Virus record (IMG/VR): IMGVR_UViG_3300023179_000039
Span: 1 to 64,000 of that record
DNA: 64,000 bases
Source: a virus
Strand: one strand, 5' to 3'
In this document: in pieces, positions 10,051 to 19,489 of the stretch
Position numbering within the stretch: the first letter of the stretch is position 1
Layout: the number at the start of each line of letters is the position of its first letter
Translations under genes and position numbers: made by a program
Notes under the pieces: model-generated
Seen by the model: only the letters and a program-made list of their open reading frames with translations
Database searches by the model: none
What the model was told of the DNA's origin: nothing

Positions 10051-10637
10051 TTAATTATAACTTTTGATGTAGCTATAAAAATATCATCGTTCATAGCGTA
10101 GAAAAGACTGACAACATCCTTCATAAACAATTCTGCTTGTTCATCTGATAGTTGTGTAGAAAAAGCAAACGCTGGAGCCTTTTTACCTGCATTAATATTA
10201 ATACCGGTATGCCCTAGCGCTACACCGTTATTGGTATACGTTATACTTACCGAGCATTTACCCTTTGTCTGTGTAACGCCGCCCTGGGTATGTTCTTTAT
10301 GTACAATTAAATCATCACCGTCGACCTCAATAGGTGCTTTAAGATATTTTGTACTTAAAATATTTGCAATTTGAGTATTGAATAGTCTTTGCCAAGCTAC
10401 TGCACCAAAGGAATCTATGTAAGGTATTTCCCAGCAGAAATTAATTGCATCTTCGCTGTATATGTAATCTGCATTTAGAATGTCCTCACTATCTATCATT
10501 CCTGCAGCTTCAACATTCATAGGAGCACGAAACGCGACAATATTACCAATTGGCAACGTCTTTTCTTTAAAAAACTTATATGCAAATCTAGAATGAATTA
10601 AATTACCATCATAAACCTTAATATCTTTTAAAATCAT
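10047..10637 (-). CDS. DUF366 family protein (biotin/lipoate ligase-like fold)
   Basis: YDG.LIH..FAY, GNIVAF..PM.V, MID.ED, QRLF, GDDL, K.SVSI, GHTGINI recall the DUF366 consensus. Confidence 0.75.
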   Translation of the reverse strand: MILKDIKVYDGNLIHSRFAYKFFKEKTLPIGNIVAFRAPMNVEAAGMIDSEDILNADYIYSEDAINFCWEIPYIDSFGAVAWQRLFNTQIANILSTKYLKAPIEVDGDDLIVHKEHTQGGVTQTKGKCSVSITYTNNGVALGHTGININAGKKAPAFAFSTQLSDEQAELFMKDVVSLFYAMNDDIFIATSKVIIK

Positions 10638-10656
10638 GCTGATAGTATAATGTATA

Positions 10657-11526
10657 TTACTTCTGAATTCCAGAAATTATTCTCATCAAATATCTGCATC
10701 GAGCATCATACGTATGCTTTTTGAGTACAGTATTATATCCATGCTCTTCAATTTCTTTTCTCTTGTCAGGATTGTCTAAATAAAATTTAATCTTTTCTTT
10801 AAGATCGTTTATATCCCTATAAGTTACCAAATCTTTGTCAATATCAAAAAGTTTTTCCAAGCCAGGTGTATGATTAGTAAGTAAAAATGTTTTACAACCT
10901 AATGTTTCAAACGTACGGTAATTTATATCGTTAGCTAGGTTTTTATTTAAATGTATTTTATACGAACAAATAGTTTCAACCATTTTGTTACCGATTACAA
11001 AAATGTCATATTTTGCATTAAATTCTGCTAATTCGTTTATTAAGCTCTGACGCTCTTGAAAGAAACTACCACAAAACCCTACATCAACAGTTTTCTCAAC
11101 GGGTAGAGGTTCAATCAAATCGCTTGGATATGAATTTGGAAACCAATAACAATATCTTGCATATGGAGTAAAGTATGGCAAATATGATTCAGTAGAATTT
11201 AAGTGTATATCAGGTTTAAGATTTTTATTTAAATCTATGTGCATGTTAAGAACGCAATGACTATCTATACTCCAGAAAATTTTTAATTTGTTACTTCTAA
11301 CTATTTTATTAACAGGCAGCCAAGCCGGCGTATAATTTTCAAGAATAAAAATTACATCAGCCCATCTCTCTAATTCATCAAACTCGTTAAACCTAGGATA
11401 ATTTAACCCCCATACTTCTGCACTATTACCCTCAATTTTATTAATAGAATTTTTAAGACACAGAGACTCTCTGAAGTGTCTATTTTCTTCATGCCTTCCA
11501 GCTTCTTGAATAATTAAAAAATTCAT
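10657..11526 (-). CDS. Glycosyltransferase, GT-B CgeB-like
   Basis: Motifs WSIDSH, DVGFCGS, KIHLN...DINYRTFE.LGC..FLLT, HTYDAR. Confidence 0.85.
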   Translation of the reverse strand: MNFLIIQEAGRHEENRHFRESLCLKNSINKIEGNSAEVWGLNYPRFNEFDELERWADVIFILENYTPAWLPVNKIVRSNKLKIFWSIDSHCVLNMHIDLNKNLKPDIHLNSTESYLPYFTPYARYCYWFPNSYPSDLIEPLPVEKTVDVGFCGSFFQERQSLINELAEFNAKYDIFVIGNKMVETICSYKIHLNKNLANDINYRTFETLGCKTFLLTNHTPGLEKLFDIDKDLVTYRDINDLKEKIKFYLDNPDKRKEIEEHGYNTVLKKHTYDARCRYLMRIISGIQK

Positions 11527-12257
11527 CTCGGTAAATTGTTAGCAATTAAAGCTTCTTCTAGCATACCTAAATGCTCAGGATGTGTTGGTTGATCGTCTTC
11601 ACTGTACTGGCATCCAGTAAATGTGCACATTTCTCTACCACCATATCCGTTTACTTTTATTTTTTTTCTAGGTAATGGCCAAGGCTTTTTATCAAAAAAT
11701 TCATCATGTACAGTTTTATCTTCTGTAAATCTAGGGTAAATAAGAGCAGTAATTAATCTTTGGTCGTACCCATGATTACTTGGCATTTTGTGAGGTAAGA
11801 GTATTTCCTTTACATCTCTTAGCTTGTCGCCTTTAACACCCCACATACCACCTAGCATCATATGGTGAGTAGGGCTAGGTCCGTGCCAAGGATGATCTCT
11901 CATTATATGCAAGCCTGTTCCTTCTTTAATCCATTCATTAACCGCTGCGGCTTCTCTTGCATCGACGCGTGAATCTGTGTCTCTAAAAATAGCATATTCA
12001 ACTCTTTCATCTGAGGGCGGAAAGAATCTGTAGTTCATAAAATAAGCATCATCAATATCTTCTACAACTAAAATTGTGGCTCCCTTATCTTTTAGTTCAA
12101 CTAAAAGGTCTCTTGGTATTGTTGGGGAAACGTAAAACCAAATCTCCCACCCTGGATAAAACTCTTTACATAAATCTACATTTTTTAACGCGCCTATCCT
12201 GTAATGATTGCGAACTCCATAGAGGCAAAAGCTAACCACACGAATTGAATTCTTCAT
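11523..12257 (-). CDS. Putative glycosyltransferase-like protein
   Basis: Motifs SFCLYG, YPGW, RDTDSR (DxD), HIMRDHPWH, GGMWG, YDQ; within the glycosyltransferase operon. Confidence 0.55.
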   Translation of the reverse strand: MKNSIRVVSFCLYGVRNHYRIGALKNVDLCKEFYPGWEIWFYVSPTIPRDLLVELKDKGATILVVEDIDDAYFMNYRFFPPSDERVEYAIFRDTDSRVDAREAAAVNEWIKEGTGLHIMRDHPWHGPSPTHHMMLGGMWGVKGDKLRDVKEILLPHKMPSNHGYDQRLITALIYPRFTEDKTVHDEFFDKKPWPLPRKKIKVNGYGGREMCTFTGCQYSEDDQPTHPEHLGMLEEALIANNLPR

Positions 12258-12994
12258 TGTATTTTAGAAATATCAGGGTCAATATTTAATAGCTTTTGCC
12301 ACATTCTAGCTTCTTTAATACGATCATCAAAAAGCTTGGGCCATATTTGATCAGAATATTCTTTATTTTCACCTTCACTGTCACGTAAATGCTGAGCAAC
12401 TTTATCAAACTTCGATGTACCAAATACCCAATTGTTATGTGTTATTGTAATATCTTCTCTATAAACTTTTCTATTAAAAGCTGTATAGATATTATCTAAC
12501 CATTGATCTATCCAATTACGAGCAAATTCTTCGCGCATAAAATAACCTGTTTGCTCCATATAAAACCTATGAATAAAAATCCAAGATGCGAATTTATCAC
12601 GCCTATGCCCATCATAACCACATACCAATTTAAATTTATCTGGGCAATTCTTTTCATTAAATTCTTCTAAAATTTTTTCATCCCAATCGTCTGTTGTAAA
12701 AACCATGTCGTCACCCAGCATTGAAATAACTTCTTCTGTACTATTTTTAGCTAAATAATTCCAAAGATATCCTAGACTAAGTCTTCCAGTAGGATTTTTT
12801 GGTATTGTAATTATCTTTAAATTGTTAATAGCTTTAGCGAGCTTGTTACATCTTGGTAGGGTAGAGTCGTCTTCATCGAGACCCATGTAGAGGGTATAGT
12901 TATCAGGGTTTTTACATTTTGCTAACGCAGATACTAAGAAATTAATCTTATTATTCATTCTTTCTTTTGTAGGTAATAGTAGAGCTATTTTCAT
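12254..12994 (-). CDS. Glycosyltransferase family 2-like
   Basis: Motifs IALLLPT, LDEDD, LWNYLA, MLGDDM, WIDQW. Confidence 0.75.
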   Translation of the reverse strand: MKIALLLPTKERMNNKINFLVSALAKCKNPDNYTLYMGLDEDDSTLPRCNKLAKAINNLKIITIPKNPTGRLSLGYLWNYLAKNSTEEVISMLGDDMVFTTDDWDEKILEEFNEKNCPDKFKLVCGYDGHRRDKFASWIFIHRFYMEQTGYFMREEFARNWIDQWLDNIYTAFNRKVYREDITITHNNWVFGTSKFDKVAQHLRDSEGENKEYSDQIWPKLFDDRIKEARMWQKLLNIDPDISKIQ

Positions 12995-13788
12995 GGTTTA
13001 ATCTTTTTAAGAAATTTAAATATATCTTCTTGTTTTGTATCGGGTACAGCTCCTTGCCATGCAGGTAAATAATTATGCTTTTTTTGAAAAAGTAAAGCTC
13101 CTTTTTTAATGTTTTCTTGCCAATCAGATCTTGGTCTTATAGAACTGCTATATTCAGAGCATTCAAGCTCTTCAAGCAATTCATAACTGTTAGCTAAATC
13201 AGGCCAATTCCAATATGGCGTACAAAAGCCAGCTTTTGCTATTCTATAGCTATGTTCAACATGTTCAAAGGCATTAGTAAAATCTTCATCAATTAGACCA
13301 ACTTTATTTAAAGTATTTTTTGAATAATAACAAAAAGCGCCAACGCTATGCGCATTGAAAGCTAGCTTAAATGTTTTGTAATCTACAATAAATTTAGGGG
13401 TTGGCTTACCTTTTGAAATACCTCCCCGGTTGGCCGGGCCATGGTAACCAAAACAAAAATGCTCAATACCACTAATTTTACTAGCATTAATATATTTTTC
13501 AAAAACCGTAGTATCTTTGATAATAATATCATCTTCTATTATAAAAATATGATCACATTCTTCATCAAGTAAAAACTTTAAGAGTTTATTTTTTGACTTA
13601 CCTACACCTAAATTTTCTTTGTTATGTATGTAAGTAAAAATTTTCTCATCTTTAAGCTTATCTATATCCTCAAAATCAGATCCATCATTAACAATAACTA
13701 GCGAATCTACATTAGGTATTGATCTAAAACATTTAAGAAAGAAGCTTGGTCTATTGCAAGTAACTATGCCTACACCTATTTTACCCAT
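12991..13788 (-). CDS. Glycosyltransferase family 2
   Basis: Motifs VGIVTCNR, VNDGS, NLGVGKSKN, IEDD, VGLIDE, EHVEHSYR. Confidence 0.88.
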   Translation of the reverse strand: MGKIGVGIVTCNRPSFFLKCFRSIPNVDSLVIVNDGSDFEDIDKLKDEKIFTYIHNKENLGVGKSKNKLLKFLLDEECDHIFIIEDDIIIKDTTVFEKYINASKISGIEHFCFGYHGPANRGGISKGKPTPKFIVDYKTFKLAFNAHSVGAFCYYSKNTLNKVGLIDEDFTNAFEHVEHSYRIAKAGFCTPYWNWPDLANSYELLEELECSEYSSSIRPRSDWQENIKKGALLFQKKHNYLPAWQGAVPDTKQEDIFKFLKKIKP

Positions 13789-13820
13789 ATAATTTTAATA
13801 TTATATAATAAATAATAACG

Positions 13821-14531
13821 ATGGCAATAAACACTTCTAACAGCAACTATGTAAATATCAGTAATCTTCCTCAAGCACAAGAGGCAATAGATACTGATCT
13901 AATAATTTTGCAAACAGAGAACGGTACTCAAACTATAACGTTTGGTGACTTTAATGTTGTAAAAACAGATGCTGCTGGTAATGCTACGATTGTAGGTAAT
14001 GTTACCGGAGCTAACGCTACTTTTAGTACGTTGTCAGCTAGCAATTATATAAAGACTTTAAATTATTACGCAGGTAATAATACAAAAGGCATCTATGCGC
14101 CAAATGCTTTTTACAACAGATTTACTATTAATGCAGGGTTAATAACTTCTGCAGATATTAATCTAGGATCTCCGGAATATGTTAACATTACGCAAGTAGT
14201 ATTACCATCTCTAACTGGTTGGCAAGACACGCAATATAAGAAGATTATTGACATTAATAACAATTCTGCAACAATTCTAGCTAATTATTCTTATGTGCCT
14301 GTTGAAATTATTAATTTTTATCAATCATATCCACAAATTGCATCTTCCTCACTAAACGGTACACATTTCATGCTAACAGCCACATCTAGATTATCTTCCA
14401 TGCCCTACCTTACCGATTTAAATAATGATCTATATAGATCTAATACAAACAATTTGTATTTTAGAATTAATTTAGGTTACGTTGTACCGCAAAACACTGT
14501 AATTAATTGGCGACTTCTTTACACGTATTAA
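13821..14531 (+). CDS. Putative virion structural / fibre-associated protein
   Basis: Late box TAAATA 13809-13814; N/T/S-rich, beta-type composition; N-terminal VNISNLPQ motif. Confidence 0.5.
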   Translation: MAINTSNSNYVNISNLPQAQEAIDTDLIILQTENGTQTITFGDFNVVKTDAAGNATIVGNVTGANATFSTLSASNYIKTLNYYAGNNTKGIYAPNAFYNRFTINAGLITSADINLGSPEYVNITQVVLPSLTGWQDTQYKKIIDINNNSATILANYSYVPVEIINFYQSYPQIASSSLNGTHFMLTATSRLSSMPYLTDLNNDLYRSNTNNLYFRINLGYVVPQNTVINWRLLYTY

Positions 14532-14737
14532 CGTGTATGGAACATTAATGCTTTATTAATACGCGCTAAAGCTATTCTTGGATGCAATCCTTCATCTAGT
14601 AATCTCTTATATTCCGTCTTGAACGATTTTACAAAGTCTTCTGATAGTCTGAAGTTTTTAGGGTAAAATTCTTTTTTAACTGTTTTTAAGTATTTAAAGC
14701 TTTCTAGAAGCTTGTCTACATTATCATTAAACGTCAT
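14528..14737 (-). CDS. Small hypothetical protein with capsid-targeting-like N-terminus (MTFNDNVDKLLE)
   Basis: TAAATA 5 nt before ATG. Confidence 0.6.
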   Translation of the reverse strand: MTFNDNVDKLLESFKYLKTVKKEFYPKNFRLSEDFVKSFKTEYKRLLDEGLHPRIALARINKALMFHTR

Positions 14738-14745
14738 TAAAATAT

Positions 14746-15483
14746 TTATCTGCCGGTAATGATTTTTTTCCTTATCTTTTGCTCTTCTTTTTCTTCAACT
14801 AACGCACTTTTCTGCACTCTAAGTAATTTCTCCATTTCGTCAATGTTTTTAGGGTCTAATACACTAGATTGATCATCAATTAATTCGCCTTTTTCATCAA
14901 GGTAAAATTTAATCATTTCTACACGCTGTTCTGGTGTACCAAAGATTTCTATAATAGGTGGTCGGTCATCATCAGCCATAAAAGGGCAAACACTATGACG
15001 CATTAAATTATATTCAATTCCTTTAAAAATATTATCTATTTCATTAATAAACTCTTTATCGATTTCGCGTGTTTCTTTTAACTCTACTTTAACAGGAGCC
15101 ACTTTTGTAATAGGAAGATAGAAAATAATATCAATAGACTTCATACTCTCTTTTACTAAAGGAATACATTTTTTAATAAATTCACTATCAATATCAGAGC
15201 TCTGCTTGTCTTCAGCCCAAAGCGAGTGCACAAGATTATCTAGCGGGCAGCGATCAAAAACAATTTTATCACCTTTTTCTGTGTGTTGAATATCGTCAAT
15301 AAGGCAATTTAAAATTTTCCATTGTCCATCCTTATCAACTTCTTTGTTAATTTTTATTTTCTCTTTTTTTAGAAGAGCACGATATGATTCGTCTGATCTT
15401 TTGTATGAGGGCCAATTTTTAATAATATCATTAACTAGTGTACTTTTACCCTGACATGCAGCGCCGCTAATAGCTATTCTCAT
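14746..15483 (-). CDS. P-loop NTPase, AAA_28 / nucleotide kinase-like (probable start ATG 15483)
   Basis: MRIAISGAACQGKST Walker A, FDRCPLD; ATG lies 1 nt after the queE stop. Confidence 0.75.
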   Translation of the reverse strand: MRIAISGAACQGKSTLVNDIIKNWPSYKRSDESYRALLKKEKIKINKEVDKDGQWKILNCLIDDIQHTEKGDKIVFDRCPLDNLVHSLWAEDKQSSDIDSEFIKKCIPLVKESMKSIDIIFYLPITKVAPVKVELKETREIDKEFINEIDNIFKGIEYNLMRHSVCPFMADDDRPPIIEIFGTPEQRVEMIKFYLDEKGELIDDQSSVLDPKNIDEMEKLLRVQKSALVEEKEEQKIRKKIITGR

Positions 15484-15484
15484 A

Positions 15485-16222
15485 TTATACTTTAAGTGCT
15501 TTATTCCAAATAACAAGCTGCAGTCTGGGACTAAACTTAAAGTTATACTTTTTGCAAAGCTCAGCTACTAAACCAACCTTTTCTGTATGTTCATCTCTAC
15601 TACCACAACACGGCATAAGCCATACTCTGTCGTTTGGTATATTAAATTTTATAACATATTGTTCGAGAATTTCATTAATATCTGACTCATTATTAATGAC
15701 AAATTTGAATCCGGATTTATGCTCAACGTGCCATTTGAGAACTTCTGGTTTATATCTTTTTTCAATAGGATCGCCATTATTAGAAAGCTTTGGCGATGTA
15801 GTAAATGTCGCCTTCCAGTCAACCCACTGATGATCGGGTATAATTGTTGCGTTTGTCTCAAAGTCAATTCTTGGTAAAAATCCGAATCTAAAAATAAACT
15901 GATCAACTAGTTCAAGTAACGCTTTTTGTTGAATAAGAGGCTCGCCACCAGTTATTTTCCATATAGCACCATCCTTAAGGCGACAGTTATAACTATTTTG
16001 TGCCATATATTCAAAAACGTCATCAAACGTCATGCGATTTTTAACTGACCAGCTTATAAAGCTATCGCAGCCGTTAGGTGAATCAGCTGATGCAAACCCT
16101 TTACACGTTAAATTACACATTGAAAGGCGCATAAAAACTGAAGGATGTCCAACATATTCACCTTCACCTTCTAAAGTATAGAAAAGCTTGTCATCGCTTA
16201 AGAAAATAGTCTGTTCGCTCAT
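15485..16222 (-). CDS. queE: 7-carboxy-7-deazaguanine synthase (radical SAM)
   Basis: Motifs FYTLEGEG..VG.PSVFMRL, CNLTC...CDS, ITGGEPL, ETN, TSPK, KFVI, SPRLQ. Confidence 0.93.
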   Translation of the reverse strand: MSEQTIFLSDDKLFYTLEGEGEYVGHPSVFMRLSMCNLTCKGFASADSPNGCDSFISWSVKNRMTFDDVFEYMAQNSYNCRLKDGAIWKITGGEPLIQQKALLELVDQFIFRFGFLPRIDFETNATIIPDHQWVDWKATFTTSPKLSNNGDPIEKRYKPEVLKWHVEHKSGFKFVINNESDINEILEQYVIKFNIPNDRVWLMPCCGSRDEHTEKVGLVAELCKKYNFKFSPRLQLVIWNKALKV

Positions 16223-16306
16223 ATAGTTCTATATTAATAGATATTTTTACTAATTCCATTTAATTATATATGACAAAAAAGCTTTATCAAGAATAAATAA
16301 TTATAG

Positions 16307-17041
16307 ATGTCGAAGAAAGACAGACAGCTTAAAAAAGCTGCCCGCGAAGATAAACAGCTTATTAAATCGGATATTTTTCTCAATTTTAAAGTAGAGCAAA
16401 AGTTCCATTTTAACGAGCATCATAAAGCTTTTGTAGACAAAGCTTTTGATGACAATTCTCATATAATATTTTGCGACGGCCCTGCAGGATCATCTAAAAC
16501 ATACTGTGCAACATATGTTGCTCTGTCTATGCTAAGAGATAAAAAGATAGATGAAGTTATCTACATAAGAAGTATAGTAGAATCAGCTACTAGAAAACTG
16601 GGAAGTCTTCCGGGAGAAGTAGACGACAAATTCAAACCATGGAGTATACCTCTAATAGAGAAATGTGATGAATTAGTTGGTAAACAAATTACTAATATGC
16701 TTTTCGAAAGTGAATATATTAAATGTACACCTGTTAATTTCTTGAGAGGCGCTACCTTTTCTAACAGTGTAGTCATTGTTGATGAGGCACAAAATTTAGA
16801 GCATAGTGAATTGGTAACTATTTTAACCAGATATGGTCGTAATTGTAAGCTGTTTGTTATAGGTGATTCTTTACAATCTGATATTCAAAAATCCGGATTT
16901 AAGAACATAATGAGCGGGTTTGATTCTAAAGAAAGTGATGAACACGGAATACATGTATTCCATTTCACAGAAGATGACATTACGAGAAGTAAGTTACTAA
17001 AATTTATTGTTAAAGTAATAGCAACTATAAAACCGAAATAA
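16307..17041 (+). CDS. phoH: PhoH family ATPase
   Basis: Motifs GPAGSSKT, LGSLPG, FLRGATF, VDEAQN, TRYG, GDSLQSD. Confidence 0.93.
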   Translation: MSKKDRQLKKAAREDKQLIKSDIFLNFKVEQKFHFNEHHKAFVDKAFDDNSHIIFCDGPAGSSKTYCATYVALSMLRDKKIDEVIYIRSIVESATRKLGSLPGEVDDKFKPWSIPLIEKCDELVGKQITNMLFESEYIKCTPVNFLRGATFSNSVVIVDEAQNLEHSELVTILTRYGRNCKLFVIGDSLQSDIQKSGFKNIMSGFDSKESDEHGIHVFHFTEDDITRSKLLKFIVKVIATIKPK

Positions 17042-17713
17042 TTAAACGCCCCAGCTTGTTCCGCCAAATAGATTCGAATAACCTTGAGTTGTCTTATTAC
17101 CAACTGGCGCGGCTTTACTACTGCTGCTATCCGGAGGAATCTGCTTTAAAACATTACTAATATTAATTCCTGATTCCTTTTCAACTTCATTAATAAAATT
17201 TCTAATATGATTTACAGGCGGCTGGTTTTGTAAATTTTCAACCGGTACAGCGGGAGGTACATTAGAGTTATTTGAAAGATTAGATACTACGGCAGAATTT
17301 TTATCATGCTCCCATACCTCTACCCTCTCTACCCAACATCTTTCTTTTGTAATTTCGCGAATATAACGATCTGCGGCTTTCAAACACCACTCAGCAGTCT
17401 TTTCTATCCCTACACCTTCAGGCATAATTCTTAAATCGCATCCTCCTGCTGTATGTAACGTTTTAAATCCTTCAAGTAAAGGGTCATCTCCTGCTACACA
17501 TAATGTATGATCAAATTGTTTTTCAAGTATATCTTTTAACCCTTTTAAACCTCCAAAGTCAACTACCCAATTCTTTTCATCTAATGTTGTACAACCAAAC
17601 CAAAACTTAGCAATTAATCTATAACCATGTACAAATTTGCAATGACTATCAGCTTTCCACTGTCTAAACGCACAACTACCTAATTCAATAACTTTTGTAC
17701 TAGTATACTTCAT
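17042..17713 (-). CDS. queD: 6-carboxytetrahydropterin synthase with C-terminal extension
   Basis: Motifs SHCKFVHGY, WVVDFGGL, FDHT, EKTAEW, VEVWEH. Confidence 0.9.
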   Translation of the reverse strand: MKYTSTKVIELGSCAFRQWKADSHCKFVHGYRLIAKFWFGCTTLDEKNWVVDFGGLKGLKDILEKQFDHTLCVAGDDPLLEGFKTLHTAGGCDLRIMPEGVGIEKTAEWCLKAADRYIREITKERCWVERVEVWEHDKNSAVVSNLSNNSNVPPAVPVENLQNQPPVNHIRNFINEVEKESGINISNVLKQIPPDSSSSKAAPVGNKTTQGYSNLFGGTSWGV

Positions 17714-17779
17714 ATATCCGGTAAACGTCTTTTCTATTATCTATAATATTATAACGCTACTATTTTAAAAATCAACTGA

Positions 17780-17926
17780 TTATTTTATATAACCGTTAAT
17801 ATTATTTTCAGAAATATATTTTTCTGCTTCTTCTTTTGTATTAAAAGTTATAATATTACCGTCTTTATCGACTAATGAATTATTGTCGACAATTATAACA
17901 AAACCGCGTTTAGTTAGAAGACGCAT
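17780..17926 (-). CDS. Small hypothetical protein, 48 aa (MRLLTKRGFVIIVDNNSLVDKDGNIITFNTKEEAEKYISENNINGYIK)
   Basis: Hand-translated; below the ORF-track cutoff. Fills the intergenic gap and overlaps the upstream gene end. Confidence 0.6.
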   Translation of the reverse strand: MRLLTKRGFVIIVDNNSLVDKDGNIITFNTKEEAEKYISENNINGYIK

Positions 17927-18125
17927 TATTAGTTGGCTTATAAAGCTCAGTTAGTATGTTGTCAACTAATTCGTTAAAAGATTCTTTTTTGAGAAACTTC
18001 TTTATTTCTTTTTTGGGCATTTCTTTTGCAACTTTTTTTGCTGCGCCTTTAACGCCTTTTTGATGTTTTTTAGCACCCATTACGGCGCCGAAGAATTTTC
18101 TTTGTTTTTCAGATTTTGCGGGCAT
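17910..18125 (-). CDS. Small basic protein (MPAKSEKQRKFFG type), likely virion-internal
   Basis: Lys-rich; TAAATA 5 nt before ATG. Confidence 0.6.
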   Translation of the reverse strand: MPAKSEKQRKFFGAVMGAKKHQKGVKGAAKKVAKEMPKKEIKKFLKKESFNELVDNILTELYKPTNNASSN

Positions 18126-18162
18126 ACAATTATTTAATAATAATAGTTGTTAAAACACTATA

Positions 18163-19017
18163 TTATTTCGAATATATTCGCTTTGCTGCGACAATATTAT
18201 TCTTAACATCTTGTATTTCATAATTATACATTCTACCATGGTCATCTTTTATTGTAAAAACAACACCTTTCTTAGGATCAGTTCCGGAAGCTGTTGAAGA
18301 AGATGGAGTTTGTCTGGTTGTACTTTGTGTTGTAGGTGTTGTTGTAGCCGTGGTTGAAGTTCCTGCAGGAGCTGTTCCTGGTAATCCTCCAGATATAACC
18401 TGACCTTGTGTAACTTGCCCTGCACCCTGTATAGTACCTGAAGATGTAGTACCTGGTGTTACTGCAGTAGCTGATGTCTGACCTGGCTTTTGTTGCTGCT
18501 GACCGCCTGCTAGCAATGCCTTTACGTCATTAATGTCAAACTCTTCTATATCTTTATCAGGCTTATTCATATCTTTCATAGCATTGTAAGCATTGCTTAC
18601 ACCCTGCTTAACCATACCGGTGGGGTTATTACCTAAGAAAAAATTTCTTGCTGTTTTTACCGGTGAATCTAATGCCGCTTTACCTGCTGCTATAGCGGCG
18701 CCTGCACTAAATTTTCCAGCAGTTTTTGCAGCGCTACCTATATTTTGTGCTGCAGCTCCTACTACACTTCCAACACCTTGTTTTAGCTGGCTTAAGCCAC
18801 TCTTTACACCCGGGGTTGCAGCTGCTGTAGCTCTACCTAACCTGGTAGCCATACTAGGAGTATTTTGCTGTTGCTGTTGAGCTTGTTGTTGCATTTGTCT
18901 AGCATGGTTTGCAACATTATTTCTATAAGCCTGTGAAGTCGGTCTTCTTATAAATGAAGACATAGGAGCTTCATTTAATATTAAATCTACTAAATTATCA
19001 AAATTAAGATGCATCAT
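18163..19017 (-). CDS. Low-complexity (Q/G/A/T) protein with capsid-targeting-like N-terminus
   Basis: N-terminus NFDNLVDLILNE-A; long disordered composition. Confidence 0.6.
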   Translation of the reverse strand: MMHLNFDNLVDLILNEAPMSSFIRRPTSQAYRNNVANHARQMQQQAQQQQQNTPSMATRLGRATAAATPGVKSGLSQLKQGVGSVVGAAAQNIGSAAKTAGKFSAGAAIAAGKAALDSPVKTARNFFLGNNPTGMVKQGVSNAYNAMKDMNKPDKDIEEFDINDVKALLAGGQQQQKPGQTSATAVTPGTTSSGTIQGAGQVTQGQVISGGLPGTAPAGTSTTATTTPTTQSTTRQTPSSSTASGTDPKKGVVFTIKDDHGRMYNYEIQDVKNNIVAAKRIYSK

Positions 19018-19441
19018 CTGAAATAAACTCCTTATAAAGATCAGCCAGTTTTTCCTTAGTATAGCCGCATTGATTAATTATCTGCTCTATATCATTTAAG
19101 TTATCTGAATTGGTAACTTGAAATATAATTGGATCGTTTTCAACCATACCATTTTGTATAAGTTTATTTATTATAAAATGCTTTAAAGAATGAAAAGCAT
19201 CTTCAGCTGCATCATCTGCTAATGCTTCAATAAACTCAATAGGTATATCTTCAATACCAAGCTCAGGTGTTAAAATTAAAATCTTTAAATGACTTTTACC
19301 CTCTTCTAATACATAACCCTCATAACCATCTACTTTAGAAAAATCAGCCTCAGCACTTACAAGAGCCGGATCTACTTTAATCCTTATACGCTTTAAAGCA
19401 GTCTTCTTTAAGCTTTCAAGAATTAAGTCATTATAATTCAC
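19004..19441 (-). CDS. Hypothetical protein (probable GTG start 19441, MNYNDLILES)
   Basis: TAAATA 19447-19452 lies 5 nt before an in-frame GTG. Confidence 0.6.
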   Translation of the reverse strand: MNYNDLILESLKKTALKRIRIKVDPALVSAEADFSKVDGYEGYVLEEGKSHLKILILTPELGIEDIPIEFIEALADDAAEDAFHSLKHFIINKLIQNGMVENDPIIFQVTNSDNLNDIEQIINQCGYTKEKLADLYKEFISDDAS

Positions 19442-19489
19442 ATTATTATTTATGTTGATCTTGTTACATCTTATCATATAATAGCTGAT

